34,645 nt of DNA from Chiloscyllium plagiosum (Eukaryota), in the NCBI RefSeq assembly GCF_004010195.1, contig NC_057719.1:10761341-10795985 (forward strand), read 5' to 3'. A model generated the notes under the pieces. It saw only the letters and a list, made by a program, of their open reading frames with translations. It did no database searches and was not told where the DNA came from. Position 1 is the first letter of the stretch; each line of letters begins with the position of its first letter. A program made the translations under genes and the position numbers. Positions 33,946-34,645 of this stretch are shown here, piece by piece.

Positions 33946-34044
33946 GTGTATGAATTGACTTGTGAATGGATTCAGGAAGGGAACATGTTTGCAAGCCCAG
34001 CACTGCCTGTATGTCCAAGCCTTGAGCATCCGTTGAATTCTTCG

Positions 34045-34645
34045 AGGAGAAAGTGAGGACTGCAGATGCTGGAGAACAGAGCTGAAAATGTGTTGCTGGA
34101 AAAGCGCAGCAGGTCAGGCAGCATCCAAGGAACAGGAGAATCGACCTTTCGGGCATAAGCCCTTCTTCAGGAATGAGGAAAGTGTGGGGGGAGGGGAAAT
34201 GAGGAAACTGGAGAAATCTGAGTTCATCCCTTGTGGTTGGAGGGTCCCAGGCAGAAGATGAGGCGCTCTTCCTCCAACTGTCGTGTTGCCATGGTCTGGC
34301 GATGGAGGAGTCCAAGGACTTGCATGTCCTTGGTGGAGAGGTAGGGGGAGTTAAATGTTGGGCTACGGGGTGGTTGGGTTGGTTGGTCCGGGTGTCCCAG
34401 AGGTGTTCTCTGAAACGTTCCGCAAGTAGGCGGCCCGTCTCCCCAATATAGAGGAGGCCACATCGGGTGCAGCGGATGCAATAGATGATGTGTGTGGAGG
34501 TGCAGGTGAATTTGTGGTGGATATGGAAGTGTCCCTTGGGGCCTTGGAGGGAAGTAAGGGGGGGCGCAAGTTTTGCATTTCTTGCAGTTGCAAGGGAAGG
34601 TGCCCGGAGTGGAGGTTGGGTTGGTGGGGGGTGTGGACCTGACGA
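34045..34645 (-). mobile_element. Penelope-like element family A 3' end: Zn knuckle, GIY-YIG endonuclease and hammerhead terminus (runs off window)
   Basis: Manual translation FPCNCKKCKTC/...KFTCTSTHIIYCIRCTRCGLLYIGETGRLLAERFREHL; terminus CTGAAGA-A-GGGC-ttat-GCCC-GAAA-GG-TC at ~34141-34169. Confidence 0.92.

Larger units (their letters stand above)
33285..34009. mobile_element. Putative Tigger/pogo-like MITE hosting HE1 and a family C hairpin
   Basis: TA|TAGGGGATCCCCGA ... GCCCAGCACTGCCTG|TA degenerate TIRs; internal gactta/gacttg repeats. Confidence 0.4.

Overview
Non-coding, transposon-saturated vertebrate DNA. The repeat content (HE1-type V-SINEs, HER1/CR1-type LINE 3' ends, Deu-domain SINEs) points to a cartilaginous fish, most likely a shark. 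I recognise no intact host protein-coding exon. Almost all ORFs in the track are decayed retroelement fragments or microsatellite artefacts. Content: many CR1 3' fragments; one old CR1 retaining ORF1 esterase and APE remnants; a second CR1/L2-group LINE family ('LINE-X', my working label); a Tx1-like LINE 3' end with TSD; two or three solo-LTR-like inserts; small DNA-transposon MITEs; a Harbinger-type Myb/SANT pseudo-ORF; and three families of Penelope-like-element (PLE) termini (labelled A, B, C), two of them tied here to GIY-YIG ORFs. The most notable signal is more than a dozen minimal type-I hammerhead ribozyme motifs (CTGANGA-A-stem-GAAA-NN-TH) carried by these termini. They show stem-II covariation and 9-16 bp TSDs, and repeatedly form fold-back structures: about 170-200 bp hairpins with the hammerhead core at the apex, plus one 2.1-kb palindrome. 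Other observations: locally templated duplications, a 4.5-kb nested TE stack, a compact GATA-palindrome/IRF/ETS motif cluster and a possibly decayed coding stretch. Family names come from recalled consensus features, not database searches. Boundaries are approximate unless a TSD is given.
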